This document shows positions 49,919-59,547 of a stretch of 64,000 nucleotides of DNA, piece after piece. This DNA is from an uncultured Chloroflexia bacterium. GTDB lineage: Bacteria > Chloroflexota > Limnocylindria > Limnocylindrales > CSP1-4. The stretch is taken from assembly GCA_963713975.1 (NCBI GenBank), contig OY970218.1, positions 768,001 to 832,000 on the forward strand. The letters are read 5' to 3'. Each line of letters begins with the position of its first letter. Position 1 is the stretch's first letter. A program made the translations under genes and the position numbers. The notes below the pieces were generated by a model. That model was not told the origin of the DNA and did not search any database. It saw nothing but the letters and a program-made list of their open reading frames with translations.

Positions 49919-50008
49919 GTTGGACGGCGACCCGGCTCAGCGCCGACGGCGGGAAGGTGCGCGGAGCACGGAGCCCCGTGACGTCCAGGGGTCTCGGGGC
50001 TGATGACC

Positions 50009-50024
50009 TGGTCGGGGCGAGGGG
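50009..50024 (-). repeat. att core copy B (1 mismatch)
   Basis: TGGTCGGGGCGAGGGG, followed in frame by GRGEGARASATRQIRGCTVAMGGRRPSVDETRIA*. Confidence 0.72.
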
Positions 50025-50339
50025 GCTCGGGCCTCCGCTACCCGGCAGATCCGCGGTTGCACCGTCGCCATGGGCGGCAGGCGCCCGTCAGTAGACGAGA
50101 CGCGCATCGCATGAGGCCGCGGCCGTCACGCCCCGCCGAGCGCGCCACGGACCGGGACGTCTCTGGCCGGCTCCGACTAGCTTGAAGGGGCGAACGAGCC
50201 GTTTGCCTCTGGTCATCTTGGGCCGCCCGTGCCGAGAATCGCCCCAGCGGGAGGCTGTGACGCGCGGCTCATGCAGCGGCCGCCCGGACCGCGCCGAGCC
50301 ACTGGCGAGACCGACCCGCTCGCGCAGGAGGGCGGCGCG

Positions 50340-51020
50340 ATGGGTCTGCGCAGATCGTTCTGGCTGCCGTTCTTCGGGGTGCCGCGCGGTCCGCTCGGGT
50401 GGGTCGGCGCTCGGCTGCTGCCGAAGGTCGCCCGGCCCCTCAATGCGATGGTGGCCGGGCAGCTGGCCCTCGGGCCCGACGATTCGTTGTTGGAGGTTGG
50501 CTGCGGCTCCGCAGGGTTGCTCGTCGAGCACGCCTCGCATGTCCGCCACGTCGCTGGCCTGGACGCATCGGAGATCCAGGTGGACATGGCCAGGAAGCGG
50601 CTGGCCGACCGCATCGCGGCAGGGACGGCCGAGATCGTCCTTGGCAACGCGATGGCCCTGCCGTGGGAGGACGGCCACTTCAGCGTCGTCGCCTTGGTCA
50701 ACTGCCTGAAATTCGTCCCTGATCCCCTGAAGGCCCTGAGCGAGATGCATCGGGTCCTCCGTCCCGACGGACGGCTGGTGCTCACGATCGACAAGCAGGT
50801 CGACAAGTGGGGTCGGTCGGGCAAGATCGACGCGTTCGGCCAGTGGCAGTGGAGCGTGGATGACATGCGGCGGATGATGGAGGAGGCCGGCTTCGCCGAC
50901 GTCTCCGTCGCCGATATGCCGACCAAGCTGGGCCTTCAGTTCGTGCGTGGCGCGAAGCGGGCGGCACTGCCTGTCGCGGAGGCCGCCGAGGCGCCGGCGC
51001 TCGTGGGGGCGGCCGGATGA
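50340..51020 (+). CDS. Class I SAM-dependent methyltransferase
   Basis: AGGAGG RBS; FG.PRG.LG, LLEVGCGS, RVLRPDG. Confidence 0.9.
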   Translation: MGLRRSFWLPFFGVPRGPLGWVGARLLPKVARPLNAMVAGQLALGPDDSLLEVGCGSAGLLVEHASHVRHVAGLDASEIQVDMARKRLADRIAAGTAEIVLGNAMALPWEDGHFSVVALVNCLKFVPDPLKALSEMHRVLRPDGRLVLTIDKQVDKWGRSGKIDAFGQWQWSVDDMRRMMEEAGFADVSVADMPTKLGLQFVRGAKRAALPVAEAAEAPALVGAAG

Positions 51021-51556
51021 GCACCCCGCTGACCGGGGACCGTCGCACCGGCACGCCGCACGCGACGCCCCACTGGCTGATCCGCCTCGTTGGGGTCGTC
51101 CACCTCGCCGGCTATCGGCTCAGGGGCGGGAGGCTCGGGCTCTCGCGTCCGACTCCCGCCCGCTGGGGCAACATGTGCATCACCACGACCGGACGCAGGA
51201 CAGGCAAGAAGCGGCGCGCGATGCTCGGCTACTTCGATGACGGCCGGAACCTAGTCGCGTTGGCCGTGAACGCTTGGGCGGATGCCGAGCCCGCCTGGTG
51301 GCTCAACCTTCAGGCGCATCCCGACGCCGTCGTCGAGCTCAAGGACGGGTCCCGGGCGGTCCATGCACAAGCGGCTGAAGGCGACGAACGGACGCGCCTC
51401 TGGGCGCGCTGGCGCGAGCTGGGAGAGCGGTCCGGCGAGGCCATGATCGCGAATTGCGACGCGTACGCCGCCGGGATGAACCGCCAGCCGGCGGTCGTGG
51501 TGTTGGAGCCTGCAAGTGCACCCCGGGATAGCCCGCCGGACAACCGTCGGGGATGA
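51017..51556 (+). CDS. Deazaflavin-dependent nitroreductase family protein
   Basis: TTTGRRTGK.R, N.W...EPAWWLNLQA.P, R..AVVVLEP. Confidence 0.85.
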   Translation: MSTPLTGDRRTGTPHATPHWLIRLVGVVHLAGYRLRGGRLGLSRPTPARWGNMCITTTGRRTGKKRRAMLGYFDDGRNLVALAVNAWADAEPAWWLNLQAHPDAVVELKDGSRAVHAQAAEGDERTRLWARWRELGERSGEAMIANCDAYAAGMNRQPAVVVLEPASAPRDSPPDNRRG

Positions 51557-51586
51557 GTCGCCGACGCTCACCGAGGAGGCAGAGAG

Positions 51587-51718
51587 ATGACCGCGTCGAG
51601 GCGCCCGGGCGGCATGTACGTGCGCGAGTCCGACCTGCCATCCGAGCTCCGCCGCGAGCCGGCACCGGAGGCGGAAGCGGTGGAGCGGATGCGACGGAAG
51701 GTGGCGGCGGCCGCCTGA
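51587..51718 (+). pseudogene. 43-codon ORF, possibly an alpha/beta hydrolase with its middle deleted
   Basis: Strong GAGGAGG RBS; MYVRES resembles hydrolase N-termini and is joined to LPSELRRE. Confidence 0.4.
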
Positions 51719-51736
51719 GCGCGGGAGGCTACAACG

Positions 51737-52440
51737 ATGCGACTCACCCCATCCCTGCACCGACTTGGTGAGGAGATCGTCGGCTGCTACCTCGTGGACC
51801 CGCCTATTGCGCCGACCTGGCGACCGAGCTCGCAGCCATGGGCCGCACGATCGATGACGTCCGGGCGCTCGTGTTGACCCACGGCCACGGCGACCACACC
51901 GGGTTCGCCGAGCGACTGCGAGCCGAGCATGGCGTGCCGGTCAGCATCCACCCGCTCGATCTGGCTCAGGCCCGGGGCACGGCCGGTAACCCGAGCGCGG
52001 GCATGGGCGAGCGCAGGCTCCGTTCGCTGCTGCACTACCTCCTGTGGCTCGCGCGTCACGGCGGGATGCGCGACAGGCCGGTGAGGGAGATCGGCACGTT
52101 CGAGCCAGGCACCACGCTCGACGTGCCTGGCGCGCTGCGCGTCATCCATGTGCCGGGACACACTCCCGGCAGCGTCGCCTTCCATTCCCCGGCACACGAC
52201 GCCCTGTTCGTGGGCGATGCGCTGGTGACGGACGCTGTCATCAACAACCGGCACGGTCCGCAGATCAGTCCCTTCGCCGCTGACCCTGACCAAGCCCTAG
52301 CCTCCTTGGAGAACTTCGAGCAGCTCGAGGCGCACTGGCTCCTGCCTGGACACGGGAGTCCTTGGACCGGCGGCGTCGCTGCCGCCGTGACAGCCGCGCG
52401 CGACGTCGGAATCGGGCACTTGGCCCGACCGAGGCGCTGA
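51737..52440 (+). pseudogene. MBL-fold metallo-hydrolase, frameshifted near the 5' end
   Basis: GGAGG RBS then MRLTPSLHRLGEEIVGCYLV; out of frame with THGHGDH, PGHTPG, GD, PGHG; the IDAG motif is missing. Confidence 0.8.
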
Positions 52441-52537
52441 CGACGCGTCGGATCGTCGCTCCCTGCCCGCCCGATCCCGAAGGCATGGCCCGAACGACCG
52501 AATAGAAACCTGGGCTCGCCGCCCGCACCCTCGAGGC

Positions 52538-53310
52538 ATGACTTCGGCCGTCCGCGCCACTCGCCGCACTCGCGACGGCCGGCCAGCCGTGGTCCGGCGC
52601 CCGTACGCCCTGACCATGCTCCACTGCGCCAGCTGCGGCCGGCACCTGATTGGCGACACGGGGCGGTACCGGCACCCGGACCCCTGCGAGGCGTTCACCG
52701 CCGTCCGACGCGAGCCACAGAAGCGAAGCCGGGGACAGCGCGTGGGGATGCCGGGCCACGGCGATCGCGCCGAGGAGTACGAGGCCATCGTTCGCGAGGT
52801 CCTCGCGCAGGTCTCCCTCGGGTCCGACGGGATCGCCGCGGTCGTCGAGGCCACGCGGGCGCCGGAGCCCGACCGCCTTGCGCTGGCCAGGATCGGCCGG
52901 GAGCGCGACGCTGCCGTGGCGCGCTACCGCCGCGACCGCGACCTACACGCGCTCGAGGCGTCCATGGCGGCGCTCGACGAGCAGGAAGCCGAGGCCCGCG
53001 ACCGCCAGCCGGCGCCCGAGCTCGCGGCGGTCGAGGTCGCGGCCTACCTGCGGGACCTGCAGCGACTGTGGGACGACGCGCCGGACTCGAGGCGTGGGCT
53101 CACGGAGTCGCTGTTCGAGCGGGTGGAGGTCCTCGGACTCCGGCGGATGCACCTGGAGCCGACGCCGGCCGCGGTCGCCGCGGGCCTCGTAGAGGCGTTC
53201 TCGTGCGCATCTGCTGGTTATGGTCGGGGCGAGAGGGATGGCCCGCCACCACGACCTTTCGATCACGATGCGCCTCGCGGAGCCGCCGGTGCCCTGCGAG
53301 CTGGACAGAC
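52538..53310 (+). pseudogene. Large serine recombinase C-terminal remnant (Zn ribbon, coiled coil, att core C)
   Basis: YAL.MLHCASCG..L.G..RYRH..PC, coiled coil, RR.L.ESLFERVEV, ending GRGER; no catalytic domain. Confidence 0.8.
53221..53236 (-). repeat. att core copy C
   Basis: TGGTCGGGGCGAGAGG; the following ~70 nt closely match those after copy D. Confidence 0.85.
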
Positions 53311-53449
53311 GGCGCAGCTGGTGTGCATCCTGGCATTGCGCCTCCTGGAACCCGACGGCCTTGTCCCAGCAGATGACGAGGGCCTGTTCCGGCCCGGAGG
53401 CGTCGATGTTGCCGACAGGATCGCGGGGAACGGCGCCATCAGCCGCCGA

Positions 53450-54910
53450 TCACGCGCCAGGCGTGTGGTAGAGCTTGAACGTGCCCGTCTCGATCATCCT
53501 TCCCGACTCCTTGATCCACTCCTTCTTGGCGTAGTACTCGTCGCCGAAGACCTCCCAGTCGATGGCGACATAGCCGCCGCCACTCGCGCCGTCGGTGTCG
53601 AGCTCCGCGATGTGGGTCGCGAGGAAGGTGTTCGTCCAGGCCGGGAACGGGGGAAGGGGCAGGCGTGGGCCCGATGACCCGCAGATCTTGATCTTCGCGC
53701 TCTCCGACGTGGGGCCGGGCATGTAGTTGAGGAGGAAGTCGATCTCCCGACTGTCGAACTGGTCCGGCCTGGCGCTCAGAATCCGCAGCCTGTTGACCAC
53801 GAAGTCGCCGTCGCCCGTGATGCTCGTCGCCCCGCACGGTGCCTTGAACTTGAAGGCCGTGTTCACCAGTAGCGCCTCACCGTAGATCCGGCTCTCGTCG
53901 GGATCGAACCGGAGCATGACCTCCGACGTCACCGTGGATTCATAGCCGCCGTCGGCCACGTCCAGGATCCCAGTCGACTCCACCTTCAATTGGAAGGTCA
54001 GGCACTTGACGGTGAGGTCGCGCGCCTCCCGCAGCGGCGCTTCGTCGAGCGCCTGCCCGAACATGCCAAACACCGCGAACTGGCGTTCCATGCTCCGCCA
54101 GACGAGGGCCATCCGGTGGATGACGTGCTCCTCGACGCACAGCTCGAACTCCTCGATGATGCAGACCCTGGCGGCCTTCTCCACGAGCCCCGGGTACCGC
54201 TCTAGTCCGCTCGCCGTCGAGGACAGGCCCAGCAGCTGCCGATGGCGCTCCAGGGTGATGACGGACTCGATTGCCAGCCTGCCCTTGGCACAGCTCTCGC
54301 CGGCGACAGCGACGCGGGGCACCACCACCTGCCGCTCGTACTCGAGCATGGTCGCCTCGTACGCGGCTGACAGGAAGGCGCCCTGGAACTCGCCGCCTTC
54401 CTGTCTGATCCGGATGACCTCGGCGTTGAGCGCGGCCGTCAGGCGCCGCTCGGCGTCGCCGCCGATGCGCCTGCGGTCTGGCTCGATGTCGGCCAGCAGG
54501 CCCCGCGTGACACCGTTGCCGCTGAAGTGGGGGACCGAGATCTGGATGTCCGTCGACCCGATGACCGGCTGGGCCAGGATCACGTCCCTGCCGTCCGCTT
54601 CGTAGCCGAACGGGAGCTGCTCGCCCGGCGGGATCGGCTGGGCCGGCGCGATCGTGAGGACGGCGGGGTTGTACAGGAAGAGGCCGTCCGGGCTGAGCTG
54701 GACCCCATAGGTCTGCTGGCCACCGAAGGGGAGGCCTCCGACGCTTGCGACCGGGGTCAGCCCGATCGACGTCTCGGTCAGGAGGGCGTTCGCGGGGATG
54801 TCGAGCGTGTAGACGGTGCCGTCGGCGCCGGTTGCGCTGACGCTGCCGCCCTCGATTGGAATGACGGCTTCGACGGCGCCCGCCGTTTCAAGCGTGAGGG
54901 CGAGGTCCAC
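53450..54910 (-). CDS. Large exported-type hypothetical protein, probably 5'-truncated
   Basis: GG.VSA..DGT..L.IP..AL..I.LTP (ZU5-like) N-terminus and paired Cys; no RBS or signal peptide, abuts the ATPase fragment. Confidence 0.6.
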   Translation of the reverse strand: MDLALTLETAGAVEAVIPIEGGSVSATGADGTVYTLDIPANALLTETSIGLTPVASVGGLPFGGQQTYGVQLSPDGLFLYNPAVLTIAPAQPIPPGEQLPFGYEADGRDVILAQPVIGSTDIQISVPHFSGNGVTRGLLADIEPDRRRIGGDAERRLTAALNAEVIRIRQEGGEFQGAFLSAAYEATMLEYERQVVVPRVAVAGESCAKGRLAIESVITLERHRQLLGLSSTASGLERYPGLVEKAARVCIIEEFELCVEEHVIHRMALVWRSMERQFAVFGMFGQALDEAPLREARDLTVKCLTFQLKVESTGILDVADGGYESTVTSEVMLRFDPDESRIYGEALLVNTAFKFKAPCGATSITGDGDFVVNRLRILSARPDQFDSREIDFLLNYMPGPTSESAKIKICGSSGPRLPLPPFPAWTNTFLATHIAELDTDGASGGGYVAIDWEVFGDEYYAKKEWIKESGRMIETGTFKLYHTPGA

Positions 54911-54929
54911 CGGGGCCGCCGCCGAGTCG

Positions 54930-55700
54930 AGGATCCAGGCTGTACAGCACGAGATCGCGGAGCTTGCGCGTTAGCCCTGACAAGCTCAGGGTCTTGTTGA
55001 GGCGCTTCATCGCGGCAGATCCGGAGGCCAGTAGGCGGAAGACGGAGCTGAGGAGCAAATTGGGGAGGTCACGTTCGCGGGTGGTCGACGCTGTGACGAA
55101 GGTCCAGGAAGCGCAGGCCCGGCTTTCCCGTCTCCCGGCGCTCGAGGAGCGACTCAAGCGCTACCAGAAGGCGGGAGTGGAAACTCGCCTCAAGGAGCGC
55201 AGCCAGCTCGTCACGGAGGAGCGGATCCTGACCTCCGCTGCAGATGCCGTCGCAGCAAGACGCTCGATCGTTGACAGCTTCGCGGCAGTCCTTCCGATCG
55301 ACCGCGGCTACCTTGACGCGACGAAGCTCAAGGACCTGAAGGGCCGCCCGATCCTCGAGGAGATCGAACCAGTCTTGGAGAAGCTCGAGCAGGATCTCGA
55401 GGCGGCACAGGCAGGTGCGGAGAAGGCAATCAATGCCGCAGCCCTCGCGGTTGAAGCGATCCGAGCAAAGTGGCAAGTGAGGCAGGCGGCGGTCCAGGAG
55501 GCATATGCGAAGGTCTTGCGAGAACTTCAGACGACACGCATCGACGCCAGGGAGTTCCTGAACCTTCGAAGAGACATCGAGGAACTCGTGCCGGTCCGCG
55601 ATCGCCTGCCGGAACTCGAGACCGAGCTCAAGGAGGCGCGCTCCGCTCGAGATGACCTCTTGGCGGATTGGGAGGACGCGAAGACTGCAACCATGCGACG
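54930..55700 (+). pseudogene. Internal fragment of a PHP/SMC-like ATPase (TrlF/Ppl-like)
   Basis: QHEIAELAR..PDKL..LL.RF and LP.LEE.LKRYQ.AG.E.RLKE.S.LV.EE coiled coil; lower GC; no start, Walker motifs or proper end. Confidence 0.55.
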
Positions 55701-56083
55701 CCCAGCCATAACGTCTTGCCGCTGACTCCGGACGCCGCTCCTGATCGTAGCCCGAGCGCTATCGCGGCACAGACGAGACCCGATCCATCGGTGCCCACGA
55801 CCGCACGAGCCGCAGCAGGGACCGGGCCTGCTTCATAGAGAGCCGACGGTCGCCGTAGGGTCTCCCTTGTGAGGACCGGGCGTCGGCGAACGAATGGGCA
55901 AGGGCTAGGAATGCGAGGTGGACGCCGGGCTCCACGTCTTCCGCAAGCTCGTCGAGCACGACCTGCAGGCACCGGGATCCGCCCCAATCCCGCGGTGTCC
56001 CCCCGCTCCGATTCCGCGCGCCCGGCGCGTCATCGGGCGGGCACGCCTTGTGACAGTCCTCACGATGCCCGACACTCCCGGCC

Positions 56084-58861
56084 ATGGAGGTCATCGGGCG
56101 TGACGCCGAGCTCCGCGGGGTGGACACGTTCCTCGACGCGGTGACCGGGTCGCTCGCGGTCCTGGCGATCCGGGGCGAAGCGGGCATCGGCAAGACCACG
56201 CTCTTCCGGGAGGCGGTGCGCCGGGCTGCCGAGCGCGGCTTCACCCTCCTGGTCGCCCAGGCCGCGGCCGCCGAGGCTCACCTGACGCTGACGACCCTCG
56301 CCGACATCGTGGAACCCGTGGTCGACGCGGCCGGTGACGCGCTCCCGCCGGTCCAGCGGGCGGCGCTCGACGCCGCGCTGCTCCGGACTGGACCATCCGA
56401 GCGACCACTCGAGCCGCGGCTCCTCGGCGCCGCCACCCGGTGTCTGCTCAACCACCTGGCGTCGACGAGCCCGGTGCTCGTCGCGATCGACGATGCGCAG
56501 TGGGCCGACACGGCCTCGGCGTCGACCCTCGCGTTCGCGCTCCGCCGCCTCCCATCCGCCCCGGTCGGCCTCCTCCTGGCGCTGCGGACCGGCGAGCCCG
56601 CTCCGCCCGCGCTCGCGTCGATCGCCGACTCCGAACGCACGACATCGATTGACATCGGCCCGCTCTCCGTGGCGGCGCTCCACCACCTCCTCAAGGCGCG
56701 GACCGGGCGTTCGCCCTCCCGCTCGGTACTCATCCGGATCAGGGAGGCGTCCGGGGGCAGCCCACTGTTCGCGCTGGAGATCCAGCGCGCCCTCGACGAG
56801 GGTGGCATGCCCCCGGCCGGTGAGCCACTGCCCGTCCCGCCGGACGTCCGCGCGCTCGTCCGGGACCGGATCCGCCGTCTGCCAGACGCGACCGCAGACC
56901 TGCTGCTGGTCGCGGCAACGGCCGGTCGCGCCCCGGTGGAGCTCATGGCTCGGGCGCTCGGGCGGCCCGTGGACGGGGACCTCGCGATCGCCGCGCACGA
57001 GGACATCGCCCGCGCCGAGCGTGGCGCCATCATGTTCGGACATCCCCTGTTCGCGGCAGCGGTCATGGCCGAGGCGACGCCCGACCATCGTCGCGCAGCG
57101 CACCGGCGCCTCGCCGATGTCGTCGCGGGAGTGGAGGAGCGCGCCCGACACCGGGCGCTGGGATCCGCCGGGCCCTCCGCCGACCACGCCGCGGAGCTCG
57201 ACAGGGTCGCGGCCCAGGCGAACGGCCGCGGGGCGCCGGCCTCCGCCGTCGAGCTCCTCGACCTCGCGATCGTCGTCACGCCCGAGGGCGACGGGGCCGG
57301 CCGCGACGCCCGCCGCCTGCTCGTCGGCGAGTACGCCCATCGTGCGGGGGACGCCGGCCGCGCCCAGGTGGCGCTGGAGCGCGTCATCACGGGGGCGGAT
57401 GATCCGAGGATGCGCGCGCGGGCCGGCCTCGCGCTCGCCGCGATCCGGTACGAGGCGGACGCGGCGAGCTCCGCGTTCGAACTTGCGAACGCGGCGTTGG
57501 ACGACGCCGAAGGCGACCCGCAGCTCATGGCGCGGGCGCACGCCACCCTGGCCGCTGTGGACTGGGAGGACTTCAGTCGGCCCGCCGCCCACGTCGCGGA
57601 GGCGCTCCGGCTCCTGGGGACGGTCGACGATCCGGATCCGGTCGTCCTAGGGCTCGCCCTCATGGGGCGCTGCGCCACGGATGTGGCCGCCGGCCGCACG
57701 CTGGATCCCGTGATCGTCGAGCGCGGGCTCGAACTCGAGCGCCGGGCCGCGCCGTCGAGCGTCGCCGACCGGTTCAGCGCCTCGCTCGGGGCCTGGCTCA
57801 AGACGCTCGACGACTTCGCCGGTGCCCGGCGCTGGCTGGAGGGGACCTACCTGGCGGCGATGGAGGAGGGCGATGAGGGGTCCCTTCCGTACGCGCTCAG
57901 CCACCTGCCGGAGCTTGAGCTCTGGACCGGCGACTGGCCGGCCGCCGAGTCGTACGCCCGCCGCCACCTCGAGATCGCGACCGACCGTGAGCTCGAGTCG
58001 CAGCGCCGGCAGGCCCTGTACAACCTCGCCCTGGTACACGTCCACCAGGGACGCGACGCCGAGGGCCGGGCCGAGATCGACGAGGCGCTCGCGGCGGCCG
58101 CCACGGACGGCGACAGCTGGACGGTCACGAGCGTCACGCCGCTCCTGGGCCTTCTCGAGCTCCTCGCGGGGAACGCGGCCGCGGCCGCCGGGCACCTCCT
58201 CCGGGCCACGGAGCAGCGCGAGGCGATGGGCCACGTTGCGCCGCGACGGCACGACCAGGACCTCGTCGAGAGTCTGGTCGCCGTGGGGGATCTCGACCGG
58301 GCGCGCGAGGCTGTGGATCAGATGGAAGCCCGCGCCGGGCGGTACCACCGGCACTCGGCACTCGCCAACGCCGCGCGCTCGCGGGCGCTCACCGTCGCGG
58401 CGTCCGGCGATCTCGACGGCGCGATCGCCGCGCTGGACCAGGCGCTGGGAGAGCATGACGCCGCGCTGATCGAGGTCGACCGGGCACGAACGCTGCTCAC
58501 GATCGGCCAGGTACGGCGGCGGCGGCGTGAGCGGCGCGCGGCCGGAGCCGCGTTCGAGGCGGCCCTGGTCACCTTCGAGCGGCTGGGCGCCGCGACCTGG
58601 GCCGAGCGGACCCGCGCCGAGCTCGCCCGGACGGGCATCCGGCGTTCGGCCGGGCCCGGCCTCACGGAGACGGAGTGGCGGGTCGCCGAGCTGGCCGCGT
58701 CGGGGATGACCAACCGCGCGGTGGCTGCGGCGCTGTTCCTCAGCCCCAAGACCGTGGAAGCGAACCTGTCGCGCGCCTACGCCAAGCTCGGGGTCGCGTC
58801 GCGAGCCGAGCTCGGGGCCCTGCTGGGCCGAGGCCGAGGGTCCGAGACCCTGCAACCGTAG
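56084..58861 (+). CDS. LuxR-family large STAND regulator (AAA-TPR-HTH)
   Basis: IGRDAEL, GEAGIGKT, IDDAQWAD, GGSPLFA; LTETEWRVA..GMTN..LFLSPKTVEANL. Confidence 0.94.
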   Translation: MEVIGRDAELRGVDTFLDAVTGSLAVLAIRGEAGIGKTTLFREAVRRAAERGFTLLVAQAAAAEAHLTLTTLADIVEPVVDAAGDALPPVQRAALDAALLRTGPSERPLEPRLLGAATRCLLNHLASTSPVLVAIDDAQWADTASASTLAFALRRLPSAPVGLLLALRTGEPAPPALASIADSERTTSIDIGPLSVAALHHLLKARTGRSPSRSVLIRIREASGGSPLFALEIQRALDEGGMPPAGEPLPVPPDVRALVRDRIRRLPDATADLLLVAATAGRAPVELMARALGRPVDGDLAIAAHEDIARAERGAIMFGHPLFAAAVMAEATPDHRRAAHRRLADVVAGVEERARHRALGSAGPSADHAAELDRVAAQANGRGAPASAVELLDLAIVVTPEGDGAGRDARRLLVGEYAHRAGDAGRAQVALERVITGADDPRMRARAGLALAAIRYEADAASSAFELANAALDDAEGDPQLMARAHATLAAVDWEDFSRPAAHVAEALRLLGTVDDPDPVVLGLALMGRCATDVAAGRTLDPVIVERGLELERRAAPSSVADRFSASLGAWLKTLDDFAGARRWLEGTYLAAMEEGDEGSLPYALSHLPELELWTGDWPAAESYARRHLEIATDRELESQRRQALYNLALVHVHQGRDAEGRAEIDEALAAAATDGDSWTVTSVTPLLGLLELLAGNAAAAAGHLLRATEQREAMGHVAPRRHDQDLVESLVAVGDLDRAREAVDQMEARAGRYHRHSALANAARSRALTVAASGDLDGAIAALDQALGEHDAALIEVDRARTLLTIGQVRRRRRERRAAGAAFEAALVTFERLGAATWAERTRAELARTGIRRSAGPGLTETEWRVAELAASGMTNRAVAAALFLSPKTVEANLSRAYAKLGVASRAELGALLGRGRGSETLQP

Positions 58862-58955
58862 GGAATCCCCCGATGCAGCGTCGGTGCCCGGAACCCAAAG
58901 TCGGGGTTGGGCAAGCCCCGACCGGCGCGGGCTCCCGGAGAGCCGAGGTCAGCCG

Positions 58956-59546
58956 ATGCGTCCCGCGTCCCCCTTCCAAGCGCTTGCCGGGCTCGCCTGT
59001 CTCCTCCTCGTGGCTGCCTGCTCCGCGTCACCCGCGTCACGCGCGACAACCGCCTCGACCGCTCCGTCGGCATCCGAGGCGGCAGCGGCCACATCGGGAG
59101 CGGGCGATCCCTCGCCCTCCGGGTCACAGGAAGGCACCGGGCGACCCGCCGGCGAGACCGACGACTACACCCTGTTCACGACCGATCGCCTCGCCGCGCT
59201 CGTCGGCCAGCCGGTCCACGTCGGCGACACGAGCCTGCTGTTCGGGATGGGCTGCCGATGGGACACGGCCGACGGCCGGGGCGGCGTCGTCATCCAGCAC
59301 CAGCCGGTCCACCTCGGGTGCGGGGATATCGCCGCGCAGGACGGGCAGCACCCCGTGACCGGGGTCGGCGACGAGGCGACCATCGGCCCGGCTGCGTTCT
59401 ACGGGACCAATGGCGACGGGCCGTTCGACGCTACGATCGCCGCCGCGATCGTGGGCGAGGGCTTCGTCTCGGTCGTGATGGCACCGGCGCCGTCCGACGA
59501 CACCGTCGTGGGGCTACTCCGCGACCTCGCCGGCGCGGTGCGCTGA
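58956..59546 (+). CDS. Lipoprotein (DUF3558-like)
   Basis: LVAAC lipobox, S/A-rich linker, C.W, V.GVGDEA. Confidence 0.72.
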   Translation: MRPASPFQALAGLACLLLVAACSASPASRATTASTAPSASEAAAATSGAGDPSPSGSQEGTGRPAGETDDYTLFTTDRLAALVGQPVHVGDTSLLFGMGCRWDTADGRGGVVIQHQPVHLGCGDIAAQDGQHPVTGVGDEATIGPAAFYGTNGDGPFDATIAAAIVGEGFVSVVMAPAPSDDTVVGLLRDLAGAVR

Positions 59547-59547
59547 G

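Noticed and set aside
53310-53677. C-terminal part of ORF 52538-53677 as real protein
   Set aside because: It is read-through from frameshifts after core C and overlaps the opposite-strand gene
55730-56040. Short ORFs such as VDAGLHVFRKLVEHDLQ
   Set aside because: Too short, with no recognisable family; possibly debris
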